Source: the human T2T-CHM13v2.0 reference genome, Homo sapiens. From it: a stretch of DNA of 64,000 nucleotides. Under the pieces are notes generated by a model that saw nothing but the letters and a program-made list of their open reading frames with translations, was not told the origin of the DNA and did no database searches. The DNA lies in NCBI RefSeq assembly GCF_009914755.1, contig NC_060926.1; one strand, written 5' to 3'. This document shows, piece after piece, positions 63,638-64,000 of this stretch (position 1 is the first letter of the stretch; every line of letters begins with the position of its first letter). The translations under genes and the position numbers were made by a program.

Positions 63638-63682
63638 GGAATAAGTGGATTGCCAGGATTTTCTGGTTCTCCTGGACTTCCA
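63638..63682 (+). CDS. COL4A3: COL4A3 exon 5 (45 bp): GISGLPGFSGSPGLP
   Basis: Acceptor ctcctttttcctatgtcttcAG, donor GTAAGT at 63683, five Gly-X-Y triplets. Confidence 0.96.
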
Positions 63683-63924
63683 GTAAGTAATGGGAAAAAT
63701 CCGTAGCTAGAAAATTTAAAAGTAAGCTCATTTTAATAAAGATGTTAAAACAGTCGTGCAAGAAAATGTGTTCTGATGCATTTGTTACATGAAGAAAATA
63801 GCACCTTAGGATGGTATATTATACTAGTGTGTGGATTTATATGACATATGAGTCAAAATGTACTTCCTGAAATACAAGCAGGACAGGATAGGATAGGGTA
63901 GGATAATTAGTAAATTATATGGTA

Positions 63925-64000
63925 AGTCGGCCCTCCATATCCAGTGATTCCACATCCATGGATTCAACCAACCAACTGTAGATCAAAAATATTTAAAAAA
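63925..64000 (+). mobile_element. MER2 (runs off window)
   Basis: gtcggccctccatatcc...ccacatccatggattcaaccaacc. Confidence 0.8.

Overview
Human (primate) genomic DNA, not prokaryotic. The window holds the 3' ~56.6 kb of the very long intron 1 of COL4A3 (collagen alpha-3(IV), Alport/Goodpasture gene, + strand) and coding exons 2-5 (57, 90, 45, 45 bp). All four exons are phase 0 with canonical AG/GT and splice to [79 protein letters not shown] (N-terminal 7S region). Exon 1 and the shared COL4A3/COL4A4 promoter lie upstream, outside the window. The rest is interspersed repeats (~28 Alu/FLAM, L1, L2, MIR, THE1/MLT/LTR8/MER21 LTRs, Tigger3/MER2/MER5/MER58/MADE DNA-transposon fossils) and simple repeats. 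None of the supplied ORFs looks like a real gene. I see no convincing novel multi-gene system. The most notable unexplained structures are: a tailless 44-nt U5 snRNA retrocopy with an 18-bp TSD, a perfect 21-bp hairpin in apparently unique DNA, a ~1.06 kb alternating purine/pyrimidine VNTR grown from an AluY tail, a MADE1-MADE2-MADE1 cluster just upstream of exon 2, a four-level transposon nest, a probable antisense lncRNA 3' end, and cryptic, poison and recursive splice candidates. Repeat subfamily names and boundaries are by eye and approximate.
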